DNA from: an uncultured Gemmatimonadales bacterium
GTDB taxonomy: Bacteria; Gemmatimonadota; Gemmatimonadetes; Longimicrobiales; Longimicrobiaceae
Reading direction: 5' to 3'
Assembly: GCA_963716255.1 (NCBI GenBank)
Contig: OY970303.1
Location: 7,968,001-8,032,000 of the forward strand
Length of the DNA stretch: 64,000 nucleotides
The notes under the pieces: generated by a model
Told to the model about the DNA's origin: nothing
What the model saw: only the letters and a program-made list of their open reading frames with translations
Databases searched by the model: none
Made by a program: the position numbers and the translations under genes
Shown here: positions 55,517-64,000 of the stretch, piece by piece
Layout of the letters: each line of letters starts with the position of its first letter
Position numbering within the stretch: the stretch's first letter is position 1

Positions 55517-56698
55517 ATGTGGAAGCAATACCTGGCGTTCGTGCGGGAGGCGGAGAGGAAGCTCGACACCTCGATCGCCCTTTCGCAGGCGGAGATGGCG
55601 ACGCTGGCCCGCCTCGCGGATTGGGCCCGGTACGCCGCGCCCCAGAACCTCAATCGGCTGAACCGCATCCGCGAGCGCGCCACCGTGGTGGGAACCCGGC
55701 GGCGCATGGCGTACGTGGCGGTGTGGCACGTGAACACCGAGGTGGGGCGCGTCGCGGTGTGCGATCCCCGGCTCCGGACCATGAGCCTGGACGCCCGCCT
55801 GGAGGCGCTCGCCGGTGCGGTGCGAACGGCGCGCACGGCCATGGCGGAGCAGGCGGAGCGCGAGCACGAGGAGCGGCCCATCTACATCTTCGCAGCGCCG
55901 GAGTTCCTGTTCGTCCGCTCGCCCACCGAGCACCACCTCACCGAGGTCGAAAAGGAAAGGGTGCGGGCGCGCGTGCTGGTGATCTCCCGGGAGAACCGCG
56001 ACGTGGTCGTCATTCCGGGGACCGTCGCCTGGGTGAAGACGGCGGACCGTCCGCCGGAGCGACAGGTCAGCCGCCGCACGGGCCAGGCGAAGCCGGCACA
56101 GCGAGACCTGCGGAAGTACGCCCGGGAATACCGCCACAACCTCCCGGCGAAGGGTCCTTTTCCGCGGCTGGAGGAAGTGGGGCAGGACCGGTTCATGCGG
56201 GACCAGCTCGGCGAATTCGCCGACCGCCTGGCCGTCTCGGACCCCACCCTCAAGATCGCCCGCAACACCGCGTTCCTCGCGTACGACGGAACGATCCACA
56301 CCTACCACAAGAAGTTCGAAGCCATCGAGGACGGCCTTTCCATGGAGATCATGGGGCACGAGGACTGGCGGAACACCTTCTTCTCCCCGGGCACCCGCTC
56401 CTCGACGATCCTCCTGGACGGGATCCGCTTCGGCCTGGAGATCTGCGCCGACCACAACTTCGGCCTGCTGCGGGCCAGGGGAAGGACCACCCACGTGGAG
56501 GTCCTGTCCTCGTCGTACATCGGCGTCTTCGACGACCAGGTAGGCGTGGTCCCCGGCGGCCACCTGGTGCACGCGGACAGCAAGGCCTCGGGCATCTACC
56601 GCGAGCGCGCCGGCGCAATGGAGCCGGTGGAGACCGTGACGGACGACAACATTCCGCTCGGCGAGCTGATCTACGGCGGCTTTCCCATTTTCCACTAG
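55517..56698 (+). CDS. Divergent nitrilase/carbon-nitrogen hydrolase superfamily protein
   Basis: Triad-like motifs FAAPEFLF (E), YHKK (K), GLEICADH (C). Confidence 0.65.
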   Translation: MWKQYLAFVREAERKLDTSIALSQAEMATLARLADWARYAAPQNLNRLNRIRERATVVGTRRRMAYVAVWHVNTEVGRVAVCDPRLRTMSLDARLEALAGAVRTARTAMAEQAEREHEERPIYIFAAPEFLFVRSPTEHHLTEVEKERVRARVLVISRENRDVVVIPGTVAWVKTADRPPERQVSRRTGQAKPAQRDLRKYAREYRHNLPAKGPFPRLEEVGQDRFMRDQLGEFADRLAVSDPTLKIARNTAFLAYDGTIHTYHKKFEAIEDGLSMEIMGHEDWRNTFFSPGTRSSTILLDGIRFGLEICADHNFGLLRARGRTTHVEVLSSSYIGVFDDQVGVVPGGHLVHADSKASGIYRERAGAMEPVETVTDDNIPLGELIYGGFPIFH

Positions 56699-56827
56699 AC
56701 GTGCTCCCCGGGCACACTCCGCAACCCGTCCGTTCCTCTCTGCGTAGTCCCCCGTGAGGCGTCCGCCGCGACGCCACCGGGGGATCGTCGTTGCCGGGCG
56801 GCACCATACACCGACCGACCGCGTGCC

Positions 56828-57892
56828 ATGTACTCCACCTGCATCTTCTGCCACTCGCCGCTGGGCGCCAACGAAGCCATCGAGGAGTTCCCGGTGGGCC
56901 GGCGGCTCGCCTTCGACGCGGCGAAGGGGCGGCTGTGGGCGGTGTGCGGGGCTTGCGGGCGCTGGAACCTGTCGCCGCTGGAAACGCGCTGGGAGGCGGT
57001 GGAGGCGTGCGAGCGCGCCTTCCGCGGCACGCGCGTGCGCGTCTCCACCGAGAACGTGGGGCTCGCCCGGCTGGCGGAGGGCACGGAGCTGGTGCGCATC
57101 GGCAGGCCGCTGCGGCCGGAGTTCGCGGCGTGGCGCTACGGCGACCAGCTCGGCCGGCGCGCGCGGCGGCGGTGGATGCTCGCCGCGGGGGCGGGGGGCG
57201 TCGGCGCGGCGGTGGTGGGGACGGCGCTGGTCGCCGGGCCGGTGCTGATCCTGGCGCTCCCCGTGCTGGCGGCGGCCGCGGCGGCGCTGGGCCGCAGGTC
57301 GCCCTCCGAGCCGCTGCTCGCGGGCACCTCCGGCGCGCAGCGCGCGCTTCGCGACCCCCACGGAGATCCGGTACTCCGGCCCGGGGAGATGATCACGGGT
57401 GCCCGGCTGCGCCCGGAGTGGCTGGGCGGCGCGCCCTGGTGGCTGGAGGTGAAGACGGGGTGGTGGGACCACGACGACGAGGCCGTCCTCCGGGAGCGGA
57501 AGCAGGCGCTGGCGGGCGACCCCGCGCTGCACGCGGTAGCGGTGCTGCTCGCGCGCGCCAACGCCACCGGCGGCTCGCGCCGCGAGGTGCAGGGCGCGGT
57601 GCGCCGCATCGAGCGCGCGGGCGACCCGGAGCGCTACTTCGCCACGGCGGAGGGCGAGGCGAGGAAGCAGGGGTGGGGCTACCAGGAGGTGTGGAACATG
57701 CCGCAGGAGATCCGCCTCGCGCTGGAGATGGCGGCCCACGAGGACGCCGAGCGCCGCGCGCTGGACGGGGAGCTGGCGGAGCTGGAGCGGCAGTGGCGCG
57801 CCGCCGAGGAGATCGCCGCCATCGCGGACCCGCTCGCGACGCCCCCCGCGGTCGAGGAAAAGCTCCAGCAGCTGCGCGGGGCCCGGCGGTAG
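56828..57892 (+). CDS. Hypothetical Zn-ribbon/TM/coiled-coil protein, paralog 1
   Basis: CIFC...CGAC, hydrophobic segment, helical C-terminus; 354 aa. Confidence 0.8.
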   Translation: MYSTCIFCHSPLGANEAIEEFPVGRRLAFDAAKGRLWAVCGACGRWNLSPLETRWEAVEACERAFRGTRVRVSTENVGLARLAEGTELVRIGRPLRPEFAAWRYGDQLGRRARRRWMLAAGAGGVGAAVVGTALVAGPVLILALPVLAAAAAALGRRSPSEPLLAGTSGAQRALRDPHGDPVLRPGEMITGARLRPEWLGGAPWWLEVKTGWWDHDDEAVLRERKQALAGDPALHAVAVLLARANATGGSRREVQGAVRRIERAGDPERYFATAEGEARKQGWGYQEVWNMPQEIRLALEMAAHEDAERRALDGELAELERQWRAAEEIAAIADPLATPPAVEEKLQQLRGARR

Positions 57893-57938
57893 GCCGCGCC
57901 CCGCCGTCCAACCGCATCCCGACGCAACCCGGTGAGCC

Positions 57939-59003
57939 ATGTACTCCACCTGCATCTTCTGCCATTCGCCGCTGGGCGCCAACGGGGCCATCGAGGAGTT
58001 TCCCGTCGGCCGGCGGCTCGCGTTCGACGCGGCGAAGGGGCGGCTGTGGGCGGTGTGCCGCGCCTGCGGGCGCTGGAACCTGTCGCCGCTGGAAACGCGC
58101 TGGGAGGCGGTGGAAGCGTGCGAGCGCCGCTTCCGCGATACGCGCGTGCGGGTGTCCACGGAGAACGTGGGGCTCGCCAGGCTCCCCGAGGGGACGGAGC
58201 TGGTGCGCATCGGCACGCCGCTGCGGCCGGAGTTCGCGGCGTGGCGCTACGGCGACCAGTTCGGCACGCGCGCCCGCAGGATGTGGGTGCGGGGCATCGC
58301 CGCGGCCGGGGTGGGCGCGGTGGTGGCGGGCTCCGCCATGTTGGCGCTGCCCTCCCTGCTGCTGACGCTCCCCCCGCTCGTTGCCATGGCCGCCCTGAGG
58401 CGCGGAGCGCCGGGAGGCACGGGGCCCGGCCGCTCCGCCCGGGCGGAGCTCGCGCTGGTGGGGAACGACGGAGAACCGCTGGTCCGCGACGGCGAGGAAA
58501 AGATCATCAGCCTCCGCCTGCGGCCCGAGCCGCGCGAGGGCTCCGCGTGGTGGCTGGAGGTGAAGACCGGACGGTGGGACAACGAGGTCTCGTACTACGT
58601 GGACACGCGGAGGACGGCGCTGGTGGCATCCCCCGCCGTGCAGGCCGCCTCGCTGTTCCTGGCGCGCGCCAACGCGTGGGGCGGGCCCCGGCGCGACGTA
58701 CAAGCCGCCGTGCGGTGCATCGAGCGCGCGGGCGACCCGGAGCGGTACTTCGCGGCGGCGGAGATGGATGCCCGCAGGATGGGCTGGGGATACCAGGACG
58801 TGTGGAACATGCCGCAGGAGATCCGCTTCGCCCTGGAGATGGCCTCGCACGAGGACGCCGAGCGCCGCGCGATGGACGGGGAGCTGGCGGAGCTGGAGCG
58901 GCAGTGGCGCGCCGCCGAGGAGATCGCCGCCATCGCGGACTCGCTCGCGGTGCCGGCGGCGGTCGAGAAGCGGCTGCGTGAGCTGGGAGCCTCACGGCGG
59001 TAG
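57939..59003 (+). CDS. Hypothetical Zn-ribbon/TM/coiled-coil protein, paralog 2
   Basis: Tandem paralog of 56828-57892; 354 aa. Confidence 0.8.
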   Translation: MYSTCIFCHSPLGANGAIEEFPVGRRLAFDAAKGRLWAVCRACGRWNLSPLETRWEAVEACERRFRDTRVRVSTENVGLARLPEGTELVRIGTPLRPEFAAWRYGDQFGTRARRMWVRGIAAAGVGAVVAGSAMLALPSLLLTLPPLVAMAALRRGAPGGTGPGRSARAELALVGNDGEPLVRDGEEKIISLRLRPEPREGSAWWLEVKTGRWDNEVSYYVDTRRTALVASPAVQAASLFLARANAWGGPRRDVQAAVRCIERAGDPERYFAAAEMDARRMGWGYQDVWNMPQEIRFALEMASHEDAERRAMDGELAELERQWRAAEEIAAIADSLAVPAAVEKRLRELGASRR

Positions 59004-59058
59004 GAAGCGACGTTTGCTCACCCGCACACCGGACCTGCGGCCCCGGCAGCGAAAACCC

Positions 59059-59194
59059 GCGTGAGGGATTACGGCCCGAAGGGGCGAGACCCGGCGGCAG
59101 TTTGCCGGGGCTCGACTCCGTTAGCCCGCGTTGTTTGCGGGCTTACGGAGCCGAAGCCCGACCCCGGCGCAGCCGGGGGCACGCCCGAACCCGC
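59059..59194 (+). repeat. Structured repeat A, copy 4
   Basis: Aligns with copies 1-3. Confidence 0.9.
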
Positions 59195-59336
59195 CCTTGC
59201 AAGCAGTTCCAAAACCGCCACGAATCGCTCGATATTCACACCCGCCCGGCGTTGCCCCATGGCAGGCGCCGGGTTATTTTACGCGGGTTTGCCACCCCAT
59301 CGCAGCACCGAATCGAGACCGTAGCACACGCAAGGT

Positions 59337-59651
59337 ATGCCTACGTACGAATACCGCTGTCCGTCCTGCGGAAACGAGTTCGAGAAGTTCCAGCGCATGT
59401 CCGACGAGCCCGTGGCCGAGTGCCCGGGCTGCGGCGCCGGCGCCGAGCGCAGGCTGTCGGGGGGGGCCGGGCTGCTCTTCAAGGGCTCCGGCTTCTACAT
59501 CACCGACTACCGCAGCGACAGCTACAAGAAGGCCGCGTCGTCCGACGGGGGAGGCTCCTCGTCCGGCGGCGAGTCCAAGCCGTCGTCTTCCTCCTCCGAC
59601 AGCAAGCCGTCCGGCGGCTCCCCGGCCAAGTCCGGCGGCGCGGGCGAGTAG
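59337..59651 (+). CDS. FmdB family zinc-ribbon protein
   Basis: MPTYEYRCPSCG...CPGCG...FKGSGFYITDY. Confidence 0.92.
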   Translation: MPTYEYRCPSCGNEFEKFQRMSDEPVAECPGCGAGAERRLSGGAGLLFKGSGFYITDYRSDSYKKAASSDGGGSSSGGESKPSSSSSDSKPSGGSPAKSGGAGE

Positions 59652-61358
59652 ATGCCCACGGAGAAGCTGCGCCGCGAGATCTCGCGGGTGCTGTCCGGGA
59701 TGGGCGTGGAGGACGCCGCCGTGGGGCTGGACCGGCCCCGCAACCCCGACCACGGCGACTGGGCCAGCAACGTCGCCCTGACGCTGGCCAAGCCGCTCGG
59801 CCGCCCGCCGCGCCAGATCGCCGAGGAGATCGTCCGGCTGCTGGACCGCGACGCCGCCGGGGTGAGCGCGGTCGAGATCGCCGGCCCCGGCTTCATCAAC
59901 TTCCGCCTGTCGCAGGACTACCTGCACCGCGGCCTCGCCGGGATCGTCGCCCGCGGCGCCGACTTCGGCCGGTCGGAGGCGGGGCGGGGCCAGGCCGTCA
60001 ACGTGGAGTTCGTGTCCGCCAACCCCACCGGGCCGCTGCACATCGGCCACGGGCGGCAGGCCGCGCTCGGCGACGCCGTGGCCGAGCTGATGGCGTGGGC
60101 CGGGTGGAAGGTGCACCGCGAGTACTACTACAACGACGCCGGCGAGCAGATCATGCGGCTCGCCCGCAGCGTGTGGACGCGCTACCAGGAGCACCTGGGC
60201 GAGGCCGTGGAGTTCCCGGAGGACGGCTACCACGGGGGCTACGTGCGCGAGATCGCCGCGCGCATCGCCGACGAGCAGGGCGACCGCTTCCGCGGCGACG
60301 CCGGCGAGGAGGCGATGGACGCCATGCGGCAGTTCGCGGTGCGGACGCTGCGCGAGGAGCAGAACCGCGACCTGGCGGACTTCCGCGTGCGCTTCGACGA
60401 GTTCTTCCTGGAGTCGTCGCTGTACGCGTCCGGGCGCGTGGCAGAGACGATCCAGCGATTGCGCGCCACCGGGCTGGCGTACGAAAAGGACGGCGCGCTC
60501 TGGCTGCGGACCACGGAGTTCGGGGACGACAAGGACCGGGTGATGGTCAAGGGGACCGGCCACCCCACCTACTTCCTCCCCGACGTGGCCTACCACGTCA
60601 CCAAGTGGGAGCGCGGGTTCCACCGCGCCATCAACGTGCAGGGCGCCGACCACCACGGCACCGTGGCGCGCGTGCGCGCCGGGCTGCGGGCGCTGGGGCT
60701 CCCCGCCGGGTACCCGGAGTACGTGCTCCACCAGATGGTGCTGGTGATGCGCGGCGGGCAGGAGGTGAAGTTCTCCAAGCGGGCCGGCGACTATGTCACC
60801 CTGCGCGACCTGTACGACGAGGCCGGCGTGGACGTGACGCGCTACTTCTTCCTGATGCGCCGGCCGGAGTCGCAGCTCACCTTCGACCTGGACCTGGCGC
60901 TGGAGCAGTCGGACCGCAACCCGGTCTACAAGGTCCAGTACGCCCACGCCCGCATGTCCTCGATCTTCCGGCGCGCCGGAGTGGAAGCGTCTTCCGTGTC
61001 GGCGGAGGGGGCGGACCTCGCGCTCCTGTCGCACCCCACGGAGGCCGAGCTGGCCAAGCTCCTGCTGCGCTTCCCGGAAACGGTGGAGGCCGCGGCGGAG
61101 CAGCACGCGCCCCACGCCGTCACCGAGTACCTGGAGGAGGTGGCGGGCGCGGTCAACTCGTGGTACCACGCGGGGAACCGCGACCCGCAGCTGCGCGTGG
61201 TCGGCGTCCCCGCGGAGCTTTCGCGCGCGCGGCTGGTGCTTGCGCGGGCCATCCAGACCGTGCTCCGCAACGGCCTCGCCGTCCTGGGGATCGACGCCCC
61301 GGAGCGGATGGAGCGCGCCGAGGCGGAAGACCCGCAGGAATCCACCCTCGTTCCCTGA
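59652..61358 (+). CDS. argS: Arginine--tRNA ligase
   Basis: IAGPGFINF, EFVSANPTGPLHIGH, GADHHG, KFSKR, QYAHAR. Confidence 0.97.
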   Translation: MPTEKLRREISRVLSGMGVEDAAVGLDRPRNPDHGDWASNVALTLAKPLGRPPRQIAEEIVRLLDRDAAGVSAVEIAGPGFINFRLSQDYLHRGLAGIVARGADFGRSEAGRGQAVNVEFVSANPTGPLHIGHGRQAALGDAVAELMAWAGWKVHREYYYNDAGEQIMRLARSVWTRYQEHLGEAVEFPEDGYHGGYVREIAARIADEQGDRFRGDAGEEAMDAMRQFAVRTLREEQNRDLADFRVRFDEFFLESSLYASGRVAETIQRLRATGLAYEKDGALWLRTTEFGDDKDRVMVKGTGHPTYFLPDVAYHVTKWERGFHRAINVQGADHHGTVARVRAGLRALGLPAGYPEYVLHQMVLVMRGGQEVKFSKRAGDYVTLRDLYDEAGVDVTRYFFLMRRPESQLTFDLDLALEQSDRNPVYKVQYAHARMSSIFRRAGVEASSVSAEGADLALLSHPTEAELAKLLLRFPETVEAAAEQHAPHAVTEYLEEVAGAVNSWYHAGNRDPQLRVVGVPAELSRARLVLARAIQTVLRNGLAVLGIDAPERMERAEAEDPQESTLVP

Positions 61359-61370
61359 AACCGGTTTCCC

Positions 61371-62300
61371 ATGTCCCTTCTCGTGGTGGGCAGCGTGGCC
61401 CTCGACACCGTCGAGACGCCGTTCGGCCGCGCGGACGACGCCCTCGGCGGCTCCGCGACCTTCTTTTCCGCGGCGGCCTCGCTCTTCTGCCCGGTGCAGC
61501 TGGTGGGCGTGGTCGGCGACGACTACCCCACCGAGGCGCTGGGCTTCCTCGCCGACCGCGGGGTGGACCTGCGCGGGCTGGAGCGAGCCGCGGGGGAAAG
61601 CTTCCGCTGGTCCGGCGTGTACAGCTACGACCTGAACAGCCGCGAGACGCTGGAGACCCGGCTGGGCGTGTTCGCCGACTTCGCCCCCAAGATCCCCGAC
61701 GAGTTCCGCGACGCGGAGTGGGTGTTCCTGGGGAACATCGACCCGGAGCTGCAGCTGAACGTGCTGGACCAGGTGCGCAGCCCGCGGTTCGTGGCGTGCG
61801 ACACCATGAACCTGTGGATCGACATCAAGCGCGACCGGCTCCTTGACCTGCTCAAGCGGGTGGACCTGCTGTGCGTCAACGACGCCGAGGCGCGCCAGCT
61901 GGCCGGCGACCACAACCTGGCCCGCGCCGCCCGCTGGATCCAGTCGCAGGGGCCGCGCTACCTGATCATCAAGAAGGGCGAGCACGGGGCCATCCTCTTC
62001 ACCCCCAACTCCACCTTCTTCGCGCCGGGGTACCCGCTGGAGGAGGTGTTCGACCCCACCGGGGCGGGCGACTGCTTCGCGGGCGGCTTCATGGGGCACC
62101 TGGCGGCGGTGGGGCGCCACGAGGACGCGGACCTGCGGCGGGCGGTGATCTTCGGCTCGGTCATGGGCTCGTACGCCTGCGAGCGCTTTTCCGTGGAGCG
62201 CCTCAAGGACCTCGCGCTGGAAGAGGTGGAGGAGCGCGTGAGGCACTTCCGCGAGATGACCAGCTTCGAGATGCCGATGGAGGCGGGCGCCGGTGTCTGA
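61371..62300 (+). CDS. PfkB family carbohydrate kinase
   Basis: LGGSATF, KKGEHGA, DPTGAGDCFAGG. Confidence 0.92.
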   Translation: MSLLVVGSVALDTVETPFGRADDALGGSATFFSAAASLFCPVQLVGVVGDDYPTEALGFLADRGVDLRGLERAAGESFRWSGVYSYDLNSRETLETRLGVFADFAPKIPDEFRDAEWVFLGNIDPELQLNVLDQVRSPRFVACDTMNLWIDIKRDRLLDLLKRVDLLCVNDAEARQLAGDHNLARAARWIQSQGPRYLIIKKGEHGAILFTPNSTFFAPGYPLEEVFDPTGAGDCFAGGFMGHLAAVGRHEDADLRRAVIFGSVMGSYACERFSVERLKDLALEEVEERVRHFREMTSFEMPMEAGAGV

Positions 62301-63333
62301 AGGCGGCCTGTCGTACCGCGACGCCGGCGTCGACATCGACGCCGCGCACCGCGCCATGCGCGGCGTCGCGGAGCTGGTGCGCTCCACCGCCACCCCGGAC
62401 ACCCTGTCGGAGCTGGGCTCCTTCGGCGGGCTGTACCGCGTCCCCGGCGACGTCAAGCGGCCGGTGCTGGTGGCGAGCACGGACGGGGTGGGCACCAAGC
62501 TCAAGATCGCCTTCCTCGCGGGCCGGCACGGCACCGTGGGGGAGGACCTGGTCAACCACTGCGTCAACGACATCCTGGTGCAGGGCGCGCGGCCGCTCTT
62601 CTTTTTGGACTACGTGGGCGTGGGGCGGCTGGAGCCGGGGACGGTGGAGGCGGTGGTTGAGGGCGTCGCCCGCGGGTGCCGCGCCAACGGCTGCGCGCTG
62701 CTGGGCGGGGAAACGGCGGAGATGCCGGACTTCTACGCCGCCGGCGAGTACGACATCGCCGGGACCATCGTGGGCGTGGTGGAGGAGGACGGGGTGGTCG
62801 ACGGCTCCGGGATCCGCGCGGGCGACGCCATAGTGGCGCTCGGCTCCTCGGGGCTGCACACCAACGGCTACTCGCTCGCCCGGCGCATCGTCTTCGAGCG
62901 CATGGGCCTCGCGGTGGACTCGGAGTTCCCGGGCGAGGGGGGCCAGAGCGTCGCGGACGTGCTGCTGCGCGTGCACCGCTCGTACCTCCACCCGCTCCTC
63001 CCGCTCCTGGGGCGCGGCGAGGTGCGCGGCCTGGCGCACGTCACCGGCGGCGGCCTGACGGACAACGTGCCGCGCGTCCTCCCCGCGGGGCTGGACGCGC
63101 GCTTCGACACGTCGTCCTGGGAGATCCCCAACGTGTTCCGGGTCCTCCAGCGGGAGGGCGGGGTGGAGCGCGACGAGATGTTCCGCGCCTTCAACGTGGG
63201 CGTGGGGATGGTGGCGGTGGTCGCCCCGGAGCATGCGGACGCGGCGGTGCGCGAGCTGCGCGCGGCCGGGGAGGAGGCGTGGATCGCCGGGGAGATCGTC
63301 CCGGGCGAGGGAAGGACCGTTCTCGACGGATGA
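62293..63333 (+). CDS. purM: Phosphoribosylformylglycinamidine cyclo-ligase
   Basis: YRDAGVDI, STDGVGTK, GGETAEMP, SSGLHTNGYSL, AHVTGGG. Confidence 0.97.
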   Translation: MSEGGLSYRDAGVDIDAAHRAMRGVAELVRSTATPDTLSELGSFGGLYRVPGDVKRPVLVASTDGVGTKLKIAFLAGRHGTVGEDLVNHCVNDILVQGARPLFFLDYVGVGRLEPGTVEAVVEGVARGCRANGCALLGGETAEMPDFYAAGEYDIAGTIVGVVEEDGVVDGSGIRAGDAIVALGSSGLHTNGYSLARRIVFERMGLAVDSEFPGEGGQSVADVLLRVHRSYLHPLLPLLGRGEVRGLAHVTGGGLTDNVPRVLPAGLDARFDTSSWEIPNVFRVLQREGGVERDEMFRAFNVGVGMVAVVAPEHADAAVRELRAAGEEAWIAGEIVPGEGRTVLDG

Positions 63334-63341
63334 AGAGCGAC

Positions 63342-64000
63342 ATGACCAAGCGTATCGGCTGCGCCGCGGCGGCGCTGGCGCTCTCGGCGGCGCCCGCGCT
63401 CGCGCAGGGCGCCGGGGCGCCGTGCGCCCGGTTCTCGGACCCGTCCGCGAGCCAGACCTGCTACACGGTGGCGCAGGCGGTGGAGTCCGCGCAGCCGCGG
63501 CTGGGCATCGTGCTCACCGGCGGCAACCCCACGCTGGGGACGGCGAGCACCGGCGGCATCCGCCTGGGACTCCTCCCGCGGGTGAGCGCCACGGCGAAGG
63601 CGAACCTGGTGTTCGTGCGCCTGCCGGACATCCTGGCGTCGAGCGCCGGGAGCGCCGCGCAGACGCTCAACGACGCCGTGGGGATCCCGGTCCCCGCGCT
63701 CTCGGGCGCCGCCTCCGTCGGCGTGTCGCCGGGCCTCACGCTGGCGCCCACGATCGGCGGGGTGGGGGCGGTGGACCTGCTGGCGAGCGCCACCTGGATC
63801 CCGCTGGGGGGCTTCGACGTGGAGGGATTCTCGGACGACACCCCCGACTTCGCCTTCGGGGCGGGCGCGCGGGTGGGGTTGCTGCGCGAGTCGTTCACCG
63901 TGCCGGGGATCTCCGTGTCGGTGATGTACCACCGGCTGGGCACCGTTGCCTACGGCGACGTGTGCGACCAGCCGCAGCCGGGCGCCGTCGCGCAGCCGGG
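63342..64000 (+). CDS. Secreted hypothetical protein, 3'-truncated (absent from the ORF track)
   Basis: MTKRIGCAAAALALSAAPALAQ signal peptide; frame appears open to the window end; in-frame ATG at 63330 is an alternative start. Confidence 0.7.
   Translation, partial: MTKRIGCAAAALALSAAPALAQGAGAPCARFSDPSASQTCYTVAQAVESAQPRLGIVLTGGNPTLGTASTGGIRLGLLPRVSATAKANLVFVRLPDILASSAGSAAQTLNDAVGIPVPALSGAASVGVSPGLTLAPTIGGVGAVDLLASATWIPLGGFDVEGFSDDTPDFAFGAGARVGLLRESFTVPGISVSVMYHRLGTVAYGDVCDQPQPGAVAQP

Noticed and set aside
56828..59003. Diversity-generating retroelement TR/VR pair
   Set aside because: Both copies are full genes, differences are not adenine-specific, and no reverse transcriptase is in the window.

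Overview
Very GC-rich bacterial DNA; gene content and repeat style suggest Gemmatimonadota/Longimicrobium-like (inference, not verified). 1-31.7 kb is the 3' part of a hybrid NRPS/PKS cluster: seven A-domain modules, an AT-less KS-ACP, a terminal KS-(dead AT)-ACP-reductase, an MFS exporter and a stand-alone AT. 31.7-64 kb is a housekeeping backbone (aroA-cmk fusion, rpsA, propionyl-CoA carboxylase subunits, RlmD, methylmalonyl-CoA mutase, argS, pfkB kinase, purM) interrupted by accessory genes. Main signals: (1) two lower-GC islets each pair a secreted Cys-rich protein with a beta-propeller and share the promoter architecture TTGACG-N7-TGCGCC-N4-TACT(G/C)T; (2) a ~140-nt dispersed repeat with a multi-stem fold supported by compensatory changes across four copies; (3) palindromic intergenic repeats inserted in-frame into NRPS A domains; (4) an apparent cis-to-trans-AT PKS transition. 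No rRNA, tRNA, CRISPR array or transposase was seen.
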